This document shows positions 56,071-64,000 of a stretch of 64,000 nucleotides of DNA, one piece after another (position 1 is the stretch's first letter; the number at the start of each line of letters is the position of its first letter). Source of the DNA: Streptosporangium sp. NPDC087985 (lineage in GTDB: Bacteria > Actinomycetota > Actinomycetes > Streptosporangiales > Streptosporangiaceae). The stretch lies in contig NZ_JBIUTQ010000007.1 of NCBI RefSeq assembly GCF_044741965.1, forward strand, positions 1 to 64,000, read 5' to 3'. A program made the translations under genes and the position numbers. Under the pieces are notes generated by a model that worked only from the letters and a program-made list of their open reading frames with translations, ran no database searches and had not been told where the DNA came from.

Positions 56071-56928
56071 TCAGGCAGCGAATCTGTCGTATGCCCTCGC
56101 GATGTGTGCACCTGATTCTTGTGGGCTCAGGGCCACTGCGCGAAGATGGTTGAGCGTTTCTCTGAAACGTTCAATTTCTCTGGCTTTCTCCAGGTAGAAG
56201 CTACCCATGAGGGTGTCCAGGTACACCGTGTCCCCGATCGTGGGATCGGAAAACTCCAATAAAACGAAAGCGCTGTCGAACCCCATGTGGGCGCCGATGA
56301 CGAAGGGGATCACCTGAATGGTCACGTGGGGGAGTTCGGAGGCTTTCTTGAGGTGCTCCAACTGTTTCCTCATGACATCGGCCCCGCCCACATGGCGATG
56401 CAGCACGGATTCGTCGAGAAGAACCCAGTATTTAGGCGGGAGGGGGCCGTGCAGGCGTTCCTGGCGTCTCAGCCGGTAGGTGACCCGCTCTTCCAGCACG
56501 TCCGGATCTATCCTGGGCAGGTATCCCCTGATGACCGCGCGAGCATAGTCCTCGGTCTGGAGGAGTCCCGGGACGGTTGTCGTCTCGTATTCGGAGATCG
56601 ACGTGGCATCGATCTCCAGACCGAGAAACGGGCGGAAATCGACGTCTTCCGTCTCCTGCCACCACACCTGTTGTTTGGCCTCTCGGGCCAAGGACATCAG
56701 GGCGTCGATCTGCGCCTGGTCGGTCATCCCGTAGAAGAGGCAGAGGTCGCGCACGTCCCGGGGGAGCGCGCCGCGCTGGGCGGTCTCGATCCGACTGATC
56801 TTCGCCGGCGAACACTCGAGCTGTTCGGCGGCCTCCCTGATGCTCTTCCCGGCCTGTTCACGGAGCTCGCGCAGACGGCTGGCGAGTTGTCGGCGGCGCA
56901 GAGTGGGGTTGTTACCGGCCATCGGCAC
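56071..56928 (-). CDS. XRE-family HTH regulator with DUF5753 (Scr1-type), second module
   Basis: LASRLRELREQAGKSIREAAEQLECSPAKISRIE is the HTH. The C-terminus is homologous to 32243..33103. Confidence 0.8.
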   Translation of the reverse strand: MPMAGNNPTLRRRQLASRLRELREQAGKSIREAAEQLECSPAKISRIETAQRGALPRDVRDLCLFYGMTDQAQIDALMSLAREAKQQVWWQETEDVDFRPFLGLEIDATSISEYETTTVPGLLQTEDYARAVIRGYLPRIDPDVLEERVTYRLRRQERLHGPLPPKYWVLLDESVLHRHVGGADVMRKQLEHLKKASELPHVTIQVIPFVIGAHMGFDSAFVLLEFSDPTIGDTVYLDTLMGSFYLEKAREIERFRETLNHLRAVALSPQESGAHIARAYDRFAA

Positions 56929-57156
56929 TCACCTCTTTTTCCCCGATGGTGCAGGCGGCTGCCGCCTCCTCCAGGAGGTCTTCCCAGGTCGCAGCGATGG
57001 TAACAGTCAAACGGCATTCTCGTCTGGCAATCTCACAAGGTAACCGCCAAGGGTATATTCATATGGCAATTGCCAATGGCAGTCGTCGATGGCGCAGACT
57101 CGGGTAAAGGGAAAGCACGGCCCCGTAGGGGCGAACCTTCAAGGGGGTGATGGTCC

Positions 57157-57462
57157 TTGAAGCACAACATCGAGATACGTGACGATCGCTGGATCGGCGT
57201 AGGAAGCCTACTGATCATTTGCCTGCGGGCGCTGGACGCCCGGATTTTCGCGGAACTGGACGCGTTCATGTGGGTGCAGGAATGGGAGACCGATCGCGGC
57301 CGGCTGTTCCGGCGCACCTACCGTGATCCCAGGTTCGGCACCCTGCTGGAATGCGGCCTGTGCCACGGCGAGGACACGACCGGCAGGCGGGAGCCGTGCT
57401 CGCTCTGCGACGGCACCGGGCGGATCGACTGGCTCAGGTCGGAAGTGCACGATGAGCCGTAA
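57157..57462 (+). CDS. small hypothetical protein with C-terminal DnaJ-type CxxCxGxG zinc-finger pair
   Basis: 101 aa ending CGLCHGEDTTG...CSLCDGTG. Confidence 0.4.
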   Translation: MKHNIEIRDDRWIGVGSLLIICLRALDARIFAELDAFMWVQEWETDRGRLFRRTYRDPRFGTLLECGLCHGEDTTGRREPCSLCDGTGRIDWLRSEVHDEP

Positions 57463-57639
57463 GCCGGGCGCGCGGCGATCTTCCCGCCGGCGGCGTATGT
57501 CCGTGGTTGTTGATGTCATCCGTGTCGCGTCGGCACCGGGACCGATCGAGGAGTCAATGTCATCAGATGGGACCAGTTCACAGTGACAGGTGGGGGAACG
57601 TGCGCATGAGAAGGAGAACACAGGGCATGTTTCCACATC

Positions 57640-57893
57640 GCTGAAGGGCGGTGCGATGATCGAGGTCTGGCCGGGTTATCCCTCACCTCTCAACGACGAC
57701 CCGTTCCCGTTGCTGTTCAACGCCCACCACGACGTCATCAAATTCACGGTTCCGAAGGACGAAGGACTACGGCGACATGTGGCTGACGGAGGTCGATACG
57801 GCGATGCCGATCACAGTGAACACCCGGATCTGCCGGGCAGGGGAGGACGTACCGGTGGCCGGCAGGTCAGTGAGGGTGGTGCGGCGTGTCTGA
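57640..57893 (+). pseudogene. 3' remnant of treX/glgX (glycogen debranching enzyme), frameshifted, N-terminal ~600 aa absent
   Basis: DDPFPLLFNAHHDVIKFTVPKDEG, then after a +1 shift, YGDMWLTEVDTAMPITVNTRICRAGEDVPVAGRSVRVVRRV-stop. This resembles the conserved GlgX C-terminus (LLxNAHHEP..FTLP ... ARSxxVL). Its stop overlaps the treY GTG start. Confidence 0.55.
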
Positions 57894-60069
57894 GCCGTTC
57901 ACGGTGCCGACCTCGACCTACCGGATCCAGCTGACCCCCGACTTCGGGTTCGCCGAGGTGGCCGCGCTCGCTCCCTACCTGCGGGATCTGGGGGTCAGCC
58001 ACGTCTATCTGTCGCCCATCCTGCAGGCCTTCCCCGAGTCACGGCACGGCTACGACGTGACCGACCACTCCCGGATCCGGGCGGAGTTCGGCGGGATCGA
58101 GGGTCTGCGGACGCTGGCGGCGACGCTGGCCGCGCACGGGCTGGGAACGGTCGTGGACATCGTGCCCAACCACATGACGATCCCGGTGCCCGAGTCGGGC
58201 AACGCGCCGCTCTGGTCGGTGCTCAAGGACGGGCAGGCGTCGCCGTACGCGCCGTGGTTCGACATCGACTGGGCCGGCGGCAAGGTGAACATGCCGGTGA
58301 TCGGCGATGCCACCGAGCCGGTGGTGGACGGCGACGTGCTGCGCTACCACGACCACGAGTTCCCCTTCCCCGACACCCACTACCGGCTGGTCGACTGGCG
58401 CCAGGGACCCGGCTACCGGCGTTTCTTCGACGTGTCCTCGCTGATCGGGCTGCGCGTGGAGGAGCCGGAGGTCTTCGGCGCCACCCACGAGGTCATCCTG
58501 AAGCTGGTCGCCGAGGGGGCCGTCCACGGCCTGCGGGTGGATCATCCCGACGGGCTGGCCGAGCCCCGCGGTTACCTGTCCCGGCTCCGTGAGGCCTCGG
58601 GTGTGTGGACCGTGGCGGAGAAGATCCTGATCGGCTCGGAGCGGCTGCCCGCGGACTGGGACTGCGACGGCACCACCGGCTACGACGTGCTCAACCGGAT
58701 CACCAGACTGTTCGTGGATCCCGAGGGGAGCGGACGGCTGGTGGAGCTGTTCGTCACCCACACCGGCATGCCGCACGACTACGCCACCGTGGTCCGGCGG
58801 TCCAAGCGGGAGGTCATCGACCTGTTCTTCACCGCAGAGGTCGACCGGCTGCACGCCGTTGTCGGCTCCGACCGCGAGACCCTGGTGGAACTGCTCGTCG
58901 CGATGCCGGTCTACCGGGCGTACGCGGTGCCGGGAGAGCAGGTGCCCGAGGTCGCGGCCTCGATCGTCGAGACGGCCGGGCAGGTCGCCGCCACCCGGCT
59001 GCCCGAGGGTGCCCCGGTCGCGGAGGTCGTCGGCAGGGTGCTGCGCGGTCCGGCCGACGCGGTCATCCGCTTCCAGCAGATCTGCGGACCGGTGATGGCC
59101 AAGGGGGTGGAGGACACCGCGCTCTACCGGTGGTACCCGCTGGCGTGCCTGAACGAGGTGGGCGGGGAACCGGACCACTTCGCCGGGACCGTCGGCGAGT
59201 TCCACATGTTCGCTCAGGAGATGTCACCGACCACGATGACGACGCTGTCCACGCACGACACCAAACGCTCCGAGGACGTGCGCGCCCGGCTGGCCGTGCT
59301 GTCGGAGCTGCCCGGGGAGTGGGCGGCGGCGGTCGGGGAGTGGGCGGCGAAGGTCTCCTTCGACCCGGCGCTGGACTACCTGGCCTGGCAGAACCTGATG
59401 GCCGCGTGGCCGATCAGCCAGGACAGGTTCTTCGACTACCTGTTCAAGGCGGCCCGCGAGGCCAAGACCTCGATCTCCTGGGCCGCTCCCGACCCCGACT
59501 ACGAGGCGGGCCTCCGCAGCTTCGTCACCCGGGCGATCGCCGAGTGCGGCGCCTCGATCGCGGAGTTCGCCGCCGGGATCGAGCCGTACGCCCGGTCCAA
59601 CTCGCTGGGCCAGAAGCTCGTCCAGCTCATGCTGCCGGGTGTGCCTGACCTCTACTGGGGCAACGAGATCACTGACTTCTCCCTGGTGGACCCGGACAAC
59701 CGCCGCCCGGTGGACTTCCCGCTCCGCCGCCAGATGCTCGCCGGGGAGGGTGGGACGCCCTGGGACGAGGCCAAGCTGCTGGTCACCACCCGGGCGCTGA
59801 ACCTGCGGCGGCGGCTGGATCCGGCTGCGCCGTACGTCCCGCTGGACGGCGGTGAGCACGTGGTCGCCTTCGCACGCGGGGAGCGGGCGGTGGCGGTGGC
59901 CACCCGGCTGCCGGTAGGCCTGGCGCGGCGCGGCGGCTGGGGAGACGAGACGGTCATGCTGCCGCATGGCACGTGGCGCGACCTGCTGACCGGTGCCGAG
60001 CACACCGGCCGTATCCCGCTGGCCCACCTGCTGTCGGCCTACCCTGTCGCGCTTCTGGAAGGGGAGTAG
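57886..60069 (+). CDS. treY: malto-oligosyltrehalose synthase
   Basis: 727 aa. YRIQLTPDFGFAEVAALAPYLRDLGVSHVYLSPI...GLRVDHPDGL are the GH13 TreY signatures. Confidence 0.9.
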   Translation: MSEPFTVPTSTYRIQLTPDFGFAEVAALAPYLRDLGVSHVYLSPILQAFPESRHGYDVTDHSRIRAEFGGIEGLRTLAATLAAHGLGTVVDIVPNHMTIPVPESGNAPLWSVLKDGQASPYAPWFDIDWAGGKVNMPVIGDATEPVVDGDVLRYHDHEFPFPDTHYRLVDWRQGPGYRRFFDVSSLIGLRVEEPEVFGATHEVILKLVAEGAVHGLRVDHPDGLAEPRGYLSRLREASGVWTVAEKILIGSERLPADWDCDGTTGYDVLNRITRLFVDPEGSGRLVELFVTHTGMPHDYATVVRRSKREVIDLFFTAEVDRLHAVVGSDRETLVELLVAMPVYRAYAVPGEQVPEVAASIVETAGQVAATRLPEGAPVAEVVGRVLRGPADAVIRFQQICGPVMAKGVEDTALYRWYPLACLNEVGGEPDHFAGTVGEFHMFAQEMSPTTMTTLSTHDTKRSEDVRARLAVLSELPGEWAAAVGEWAAKVSFDPALDYLAWQNLMAAWPISQDRFFDYLFKAAREAKTSISWAAPDPDYEAGLRSFVTRAIAECGASIAEFAAGIEPYARSNSLGQKLVQLMLPGVPDLYWGNEITDFSLVDPDNRRPVDFPLRRQMLAGEGGTPWDEAKLLVTTRALNLRRRLDPAAPYVPLDGGEHVVAFARGERAVAVATRLPVGLARRGGWGDETVMLPHGTWRDLLTGAEHTGRIPLAHLLSAYPVALLEGE

Positions 60070-60072
60070 CCC

Positions 60073-61812
60073 GTGTTCGAAGTCTGGGCGCCGCAGGCGA
60101 CCGCGGTCGACGTGGAGATCGGCGAGATCCGCTATCCGATGGACGCCAGGGTGGGCGGCTGGTGGTCGGTGGAGGTGCCGGGGGCCGGTCACGGGACCGA
60201 CTACCGGTTCCGGCTGGACGGCGGCGAACCGCTGCCGGATCCCCGGACCCGGTGGCAGCCCGAGGGGATCTTCGGGCCGAGCCGGGTCTACGAGCACGAC
60301 CGGTACGTGTGGGGTGACGAGCTGTGGCGCGGGCGCGGCCTGCCCGGGGCGGTGATCTACGAGCTGCACGTCGGCGCCTTCACTCCCTCAGGGACCTTCG
60401 AGGCGGCGATCGAGAAGCTGGAGCACCTCACCACGCTCGGTGTCGACTTCGTCGAGGTCATGCCGGTGCCGCCGGTGCCGGGAGAGCGTAACTGGGGCTA
60501 CGACGGGGTCGATCTGTGGGCCGTCACCGACAACTACGGCGGTCCCGACGGGTTCAAACGCTTTGTGGACGCCTGCCACCGGCAGGGCCTCGGTGTGATC
60601 CTGGACGTCGTCTACAACCATCTCGGCCCGTCCGGGAACTTTCTGGCCCCGTTCGGCCCCTATTTCCACCCCAGTGCCTCCTCCTTCTGGGGCCAGGCGG
60701 TCAACCTGGACGGTCCCGGCTCCGACGAGGTGCGCCGCTACTTCGTCGGCAACGCGCTGCAGTGGCTGCGCGACTACCATGTCGACGGCCTGCGGCTGGA
60801 CGCCGTGCACGCGCTGCACGACAGGCGGGCCGTGCACCTGCTGGAGGAGATGGCCGTCGAGGTGGAGGCGCTGTCGGCGGCCGTGGGCAGGCCCCTGACG
60901 CTCATCGCCGAGTCCGATCTCAACGACCCCCGGCTGGTGACCCCGCGCGAGGCCGGTGGATACGGCCTGGCCGCGGCCTGGAACGACGACGTCCACCATG
61001 CCCTGCACGTGGCGGTGACCGGGGAACGGCACGGCTACTACGACGACTTCGCCGGGGCCCTGCCCAAGGTCCTCACCTCGGCCTACTTCCACGACGGCAG
61101 CTTCTCGACCTTCAGGGGGCGCTCGCACGGCCGCCCGGCCCGCCACGTGCCCGGCTACCGCTCCGTCTGCTCCGCGCAGAACCACGACCAGATCGGCAAC
61201 CGGGCCGAGGGCGACCGGATGGCGCCGGAGGCGCTGCGACTGGCCGCCGGGCTGCTGCTGACCTCGCCGTTCACCCCGATGCTGTTCATGGGCGAGGAGT
61301 GGGGTGCGCGCACGCCGTTCCTGTTCTTCACCGACCACGTCGAGCCGCGGCTCCGTGACGGCGAGGCGGACCGGCGGCGGCGGGAGTTCGTCGGCTTCGG
61401 TTACGACGACTGGGCCGACAAGGCGCCGGACCCGGGGGAGGAGCTGACGTTCCTGCGCTCCAAGCTCGACTGGAGCGAGCTCGACGACGCCGCCCACCGG
61501 GCCCATCTCGACTGGTATCGGGCTCTGATCGCGCTGCGCCGCGCGCATCCGGACCTGTCGGACCCGAGGCTGGAGCGGGTCCGGGTCGAGCATGGTGAGA
61601 CCTGGCTGGTCGTCCACCGGGGAGCGTTCCGGGTCGCCGCGAATCTCGGCGCGGTCCCGCTCACGGTACGGCTGGCGCCCGGCCAGGTCCTGCTCGCCTC
61701 CGACCCGGGCGTCCGCTTCGGTGATGACCCCGTCCCCTCGGGTTTCGGTGAGGGTCTGATCCTGCCCGCCCGCTCCCTGGCGGTGATCCGGCCAGGCGGG
61801 CACGGGCTCTGA
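60073..61812 (+). CDS. treZ: malto-oligosyltrehalose trehalohydrolase
   Basis: 579 aa. FEVWAP...YRFRLDGG is the N-terminal E-set. The catalytic region GLRLDAVHAL...AESDLNDP carries the TreZ signatures. Confidence 0.9.
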   Translation: MFEVWAPQATAVDVEIGEIRYPMDARVGGWWSVEVPGAGHGTDYRFRLDGGEPLPDPRTRWQPEGIFGPSRVYEHDRYVWGDELWRGRGLPGAVIYELHVGAFTPSGTFEAAIEKLEHLTTLGVDFVEVMPVPPVPGERNWGYDGVDLWAVTDNYGGPDGFKRFVDACHRQGLGVILDVVYNHLGPSGNFLAPFGPYFHPSASSFWGQAVNLDGPGSDEVRRYFVGNALQWLRDYHVDGLRLDAVHALHDRRAVHLLEEMAVEVEALSAAVGRPLTLIAESDLNDPRLVTPREAGGYGLAAAWNDDVHHALHVAVTGERHGYYDDFAGALPKVLTSAYFHDGSFSTFRGRSHGRPARHVPGYRSVCSAQNHDQIGNRAEGDRMAPEALRLAAGLLLTSPFTPMLFMGEEWGARTPFLFFTDHVEPRLRDGEADRRRREFVGFGYDDWADKAPDPGEELTFLRSKLDWSELDDAAHRAHLDWYRALIALRRAHPDLSDPRLERVRVEHGETWLVVHRGAFRVAANLGAVPLTVRLAPGQVLLASDPGVRFGDDPVPSGFGEGLILPARSLAVIRPGGHGL

Positions 61813-61841
61813 CCGTCGTGCCGGTTCGGAGCGCCGGCGGC

Positions 61842-62819
61842 TCACACGGGGACGTGGTTCCGGAGACGGAGCCCATCAGGACAGGGCCGGAGATATGTCT
61901 GGTCCCGGATGTACCCCGCGGCCTCGCCCCGGGCGTGATGCCGGAGCAGGGTCACCGGCACACTGAGCGCCACCAGGCCGGCCTGGTAGGAGGCGATGAC
62001 CTCCGCCAGGTCGGTCCGGTGGACCGGGTCGAGCCGGCCGCTCATCATGCCCACGCAGTGCTGGAGCACGTTGACGTGACGGCCGATGCTCGTCTTCCCG
62101 GCGAGGGCCGTACTGAAGACGTACGTGTACTCGGCGGCCAGTTCCGCCCGGTCGAGCGTGCCCGCGCGGGCCACGATCCGCCCGGCCTCGCGGTAGGCGG
62201 CGGGATCGTGGGAGAGCAGCTGCATCTTGTGGCGGGAGTGGAAGGCGACCAGGTCACGCGGGTGCCAGTCGCCCCCCAGCAGAGCCCGCAGCCGGGCGTG
62301 CGCGAAGATCCGCTCCACGAAGTTCTCGCGGAGCAGCGGGTCGTTCAGCCGTCCCTCGTCCTCCACCGGCAGGAGCGGATGGGCGTCGATGATCCGGGCC
62401 GCGAACACCCCCCGGTTTTTGCGGTCGACGGCCACGTCCCCGGCGTAGAGGGGGACGCCGTGCACGCCGCAGCTGGGACTTCTGGCCTTGAAGACGTAGC
62501 CGTCCACGTCGAGGGTGCGTGCCCGTTCGCCGGCCAGCATCGCAATCCTGCCGGTGAGATCCGCCCGGGTCCCGCTGGTGACCAGGCGCGGGCCCCCGGG
62601 CGAGCGCTCGAGCCGGAGGCTCTCACGCGGAGTGCCGAGGCCGATCTCCATCTCCGGGCAGATCGGCACCCAGTCGACGTAGAGGTCCAGCTCGTTGCTG
62701 ATGAACCTGTCGCGGCTGTGGCCGCCGTTGAAACGCACCATCTGGCCCGTGAGGCAGCTGGACACCGCGACCCGGGGTCTGACCTGGCCGTCCGTGTCAT
62801 CGTCCATGTGGTGATTCAT
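61842..62819 (-). CDS. DUF523 + DUF1722 (YbgA-like) protein
   Basis: VAVSSCLTGQMVRFNGGH...SPSCGV matches DUF523. The C-terminal helical DUF1722-like part follows. Several in-frame ATGs lie in a 24-nt tandem duplication at the 5' end, so the start is ambiguous (62807, 62819 or 62843). Confidence 0.7.
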   Translation of the reverse strand: MNHHMDDDTDGQVRPRVAVSSCLTGQMVRFNGGHSRDRFISNELDLYVDWVPICPEMEIGLGTPRESLRLERSPGGPRLVTSGTRADLTGRIAMLAGERARTLDVDGYVFKARSPSCGVHGVPLYAGDVAVDRKNRGVFAARIIDAHPLLPVEDEGRLNDPLLRENFVERIFAHARLRALLGGDWHPRDLVAFHSRHKMQLLSHDPAAYREAGRIVARAGTLDRAELAAEYTYVFSTALAGKTSIGRHVNVLQHCVGMMSGRLDPVHRTDLAEVIASYQAGLVALSVPVTLLRHHARGEAAGYIRDQTYLRPCPDGLRLRNHVPV

Positions 62820-62997
62820 GCCACGGACGCTCTCGTTCATGCCATGGACGCCCTCATTCAAGCCGCGATCGGAGTGAGGAGGTCCGACAGGCGGCGCAGG
62901 TCGGCCACGTCGTAGTGGCGCTATCTGTCCGAGCTGGACGCTGTGCCGCCGACGGTGCCGGGCGGAACGATTCGTCCTCTCCGCGCGTCGCAAAGGT

Positions 62998-63939
62998 GTG
63001 ACCTCCTTCGACAGCATCGACGATGACCTGCACGCCGCCCAAGATCGGGTGCGACGGCTGGAACAGCTGACCAGGCAGCGGCAGACGGTGACCGTACAGC
63101 TCGACGAGGTCGGGCAGCTCATCAGTGACCTGGAGCACCGGCTCGTCAAGGAGGAGCGTGACGTCTCCCGGTTGGAGAGCGGGGGCTTCACGGCGTTCCT
63201 GTCCGGACTCGCCGGGTCCAAGGAAGAACGGCTTGTCAAGGAGCGGGCTGAGGCGCAGGCCGTGCGGCAGCGTCTGGACGGGCAGCGGACCCGTCTCGAA
63301 TGGCTCCGGGCCGACCAGGCGGCCGTGGAGCGCGGCCTGGCCGAGATCGGTCCGGCCCATGAGGAGTTCGCCGGGCTGCTCGCACGGAAGGAACGTCTGC
63401 TTATCGAGTCGGCAGACTCCAGGGGACGCGAGCTCACCGAGATCGGCCGCCGGCTGGCCGACATCCACGCCGACCTCCGCGAACACGAGGAGGCCCACCA
63501 GGCCGGGATCGCCGCCGTCCACGCGGTCGGTCAGGTCCTGCACTGCCTCGGCAACGCCCGCGGCGCCTCCACCTGGGACATGCTGGGCGGTGGCATTTTC
63601 GCGGACATGGTGGAGCACGGGCACCTGCGCAACGCGGACGAGGCCGCCTGGTATGCCCAGCGCGCGCTGGACGCCTTCTCCCGGGAGCTCGCCGATGTCG
63701 GGGTGCGCGTCGCCCCGCAGCTGCCCCAGGTGGACACCCGCTGGTTCGTCGACGCGTTCTTCGACAACATCATCGTCGACGCGATCAAGCACCGGCGGAT
63801 CGCCCGTACCGGGCAGGCCGTCGCCGAGGTGGCCCAGTGGGCGAACGACATGGTGAACGAGCTGGCCGTCCGCCGTGGCGATCTGGTGCGCCGTCGCGAC
63901 TCCCTCGTCGCCCGCCGCGAGGAGGTGCTCACCGGCTGA
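62998..63939 (+). CDS. hypothetical coiled-coil protein
   Basis: 313 aa with heptad-rich segments (VRRLEQLTRQRQTVTVQLDEVGQLISDLEHRLVKEERDVSRLE). GTG start with poor RBS, so the start is uncertain. Confidence 0.55.
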   Translation: MTSFDSIDDDLHAAQDRVRRLEQLTRQRQTVTVQLDEVGQLISDLEHRLVKEERDVSRLESGGFTAFLSGLAGSKEERLVKERAEAQAVRQRLDGQRTRLEWLRADQAAVERGLAEIGPAHEEFAGLLARKERLLIESADSRGRELTEIGRRLADIHADLREHEEAHQAGIAAVHAVGQVLHCLGNARGASTWDMLGGGIFADMVEHGHLRNADEAAWYAQRALDAFSRELADVGVRVAPQLPQVDTRWFVDAFFDNIIVDAIKHRRIARTGQAVAEVAQWANDMVNELAVRRGDLVRRRDSLVARREEVLTG

Positions 63940-64000
63940 GAAGGAGATCCGTCCGGTGGGCTGACGGGACCGGCCAACGGTGGCAAGCTCGGGGCTGAAG

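Noticed and set aside
60388-61845. 485-aa minus-strand ORF
   Set aside because: Antisense to treZ.
1-64000. CRISPR arrays, retron/reverse-transcriptase, CBASS or toxin-nuclease motifs
   Set aside because: No regularly spaced direct repeats were seen. No YxDD RT motif, cyclase or HEPN/PIN signatures were seen in any well-formed ORF.

Overview
High-GC actinobacterial chromosomal window, with Streptomyces/Streptosporangiales-like codon usage and many shadow ORFs on the opposite strand. Core-like genes include a D-aminoacylase, PLP racemase-like, RidA and unknown operon (0.15-4.5 kb), a LysE exporter, a LAL-type LuxR regulator, a REC-only response regulator, an NlpC/P60 peptidase, tRNA-Arg(CCG), purC, prfC, a Gfo/Idh/MocA oxidoreductase, and at the right edge treY-treZ and a DUF523/DUF1722 gene. 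Two candidate systems stand out. First, directly downstream of tRNA-Arg, there is a compact cluster of an MBL-fold hydrolase, a minimal Ser/Thr kinase, and a single-chain HTH + N6-adenine DNA methyltransferase + HsdS-like TRD protein, with a divergent PP2C phosphatase (10.1-14.7 kb). Second, there is an NfeD-flotillin operon translationally coupled to a 1687-aa protein with a C-terminal AAA_5/MoxR-like ATPase (18.2-25.9 kb). From about 30.0 to 57.9 kb lies a decaying accessory region. It is flanked by a ~350-bp repeat family in inverted orientation (copies at 30.04 and 52.64 kb, partial copy at 54.44 kb). It contains two XRE(DUF5753)-DUF397 modules (one with a HATPase partner), a PepSY/DyP-peroxidase/PCuAC metal cluster, an acyl-CoA dehydrogenase/CoA-transferase/ligase cluster, an orphan ECF sigma factor, an MFS + GH88-like pair, a TroA-type metal ABC importer, three paralogous His/Met-rich membrane proteins, and several pseudogenes (P450, FAD monooxygenase, head-to-head IS200/IS605 TnpA/TnpB remnants, and a treX/glgX 3' remnant directly abutting intact treY). 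Other oddities are an in-frame fusion of a FAD-dependent oxidoreductase with a SAM methyltransferase, a 30-aa hydrophobic micro-ORF, and a 15-bp tandem repeat. No CRISPR array, integrase or rRNA was seen.
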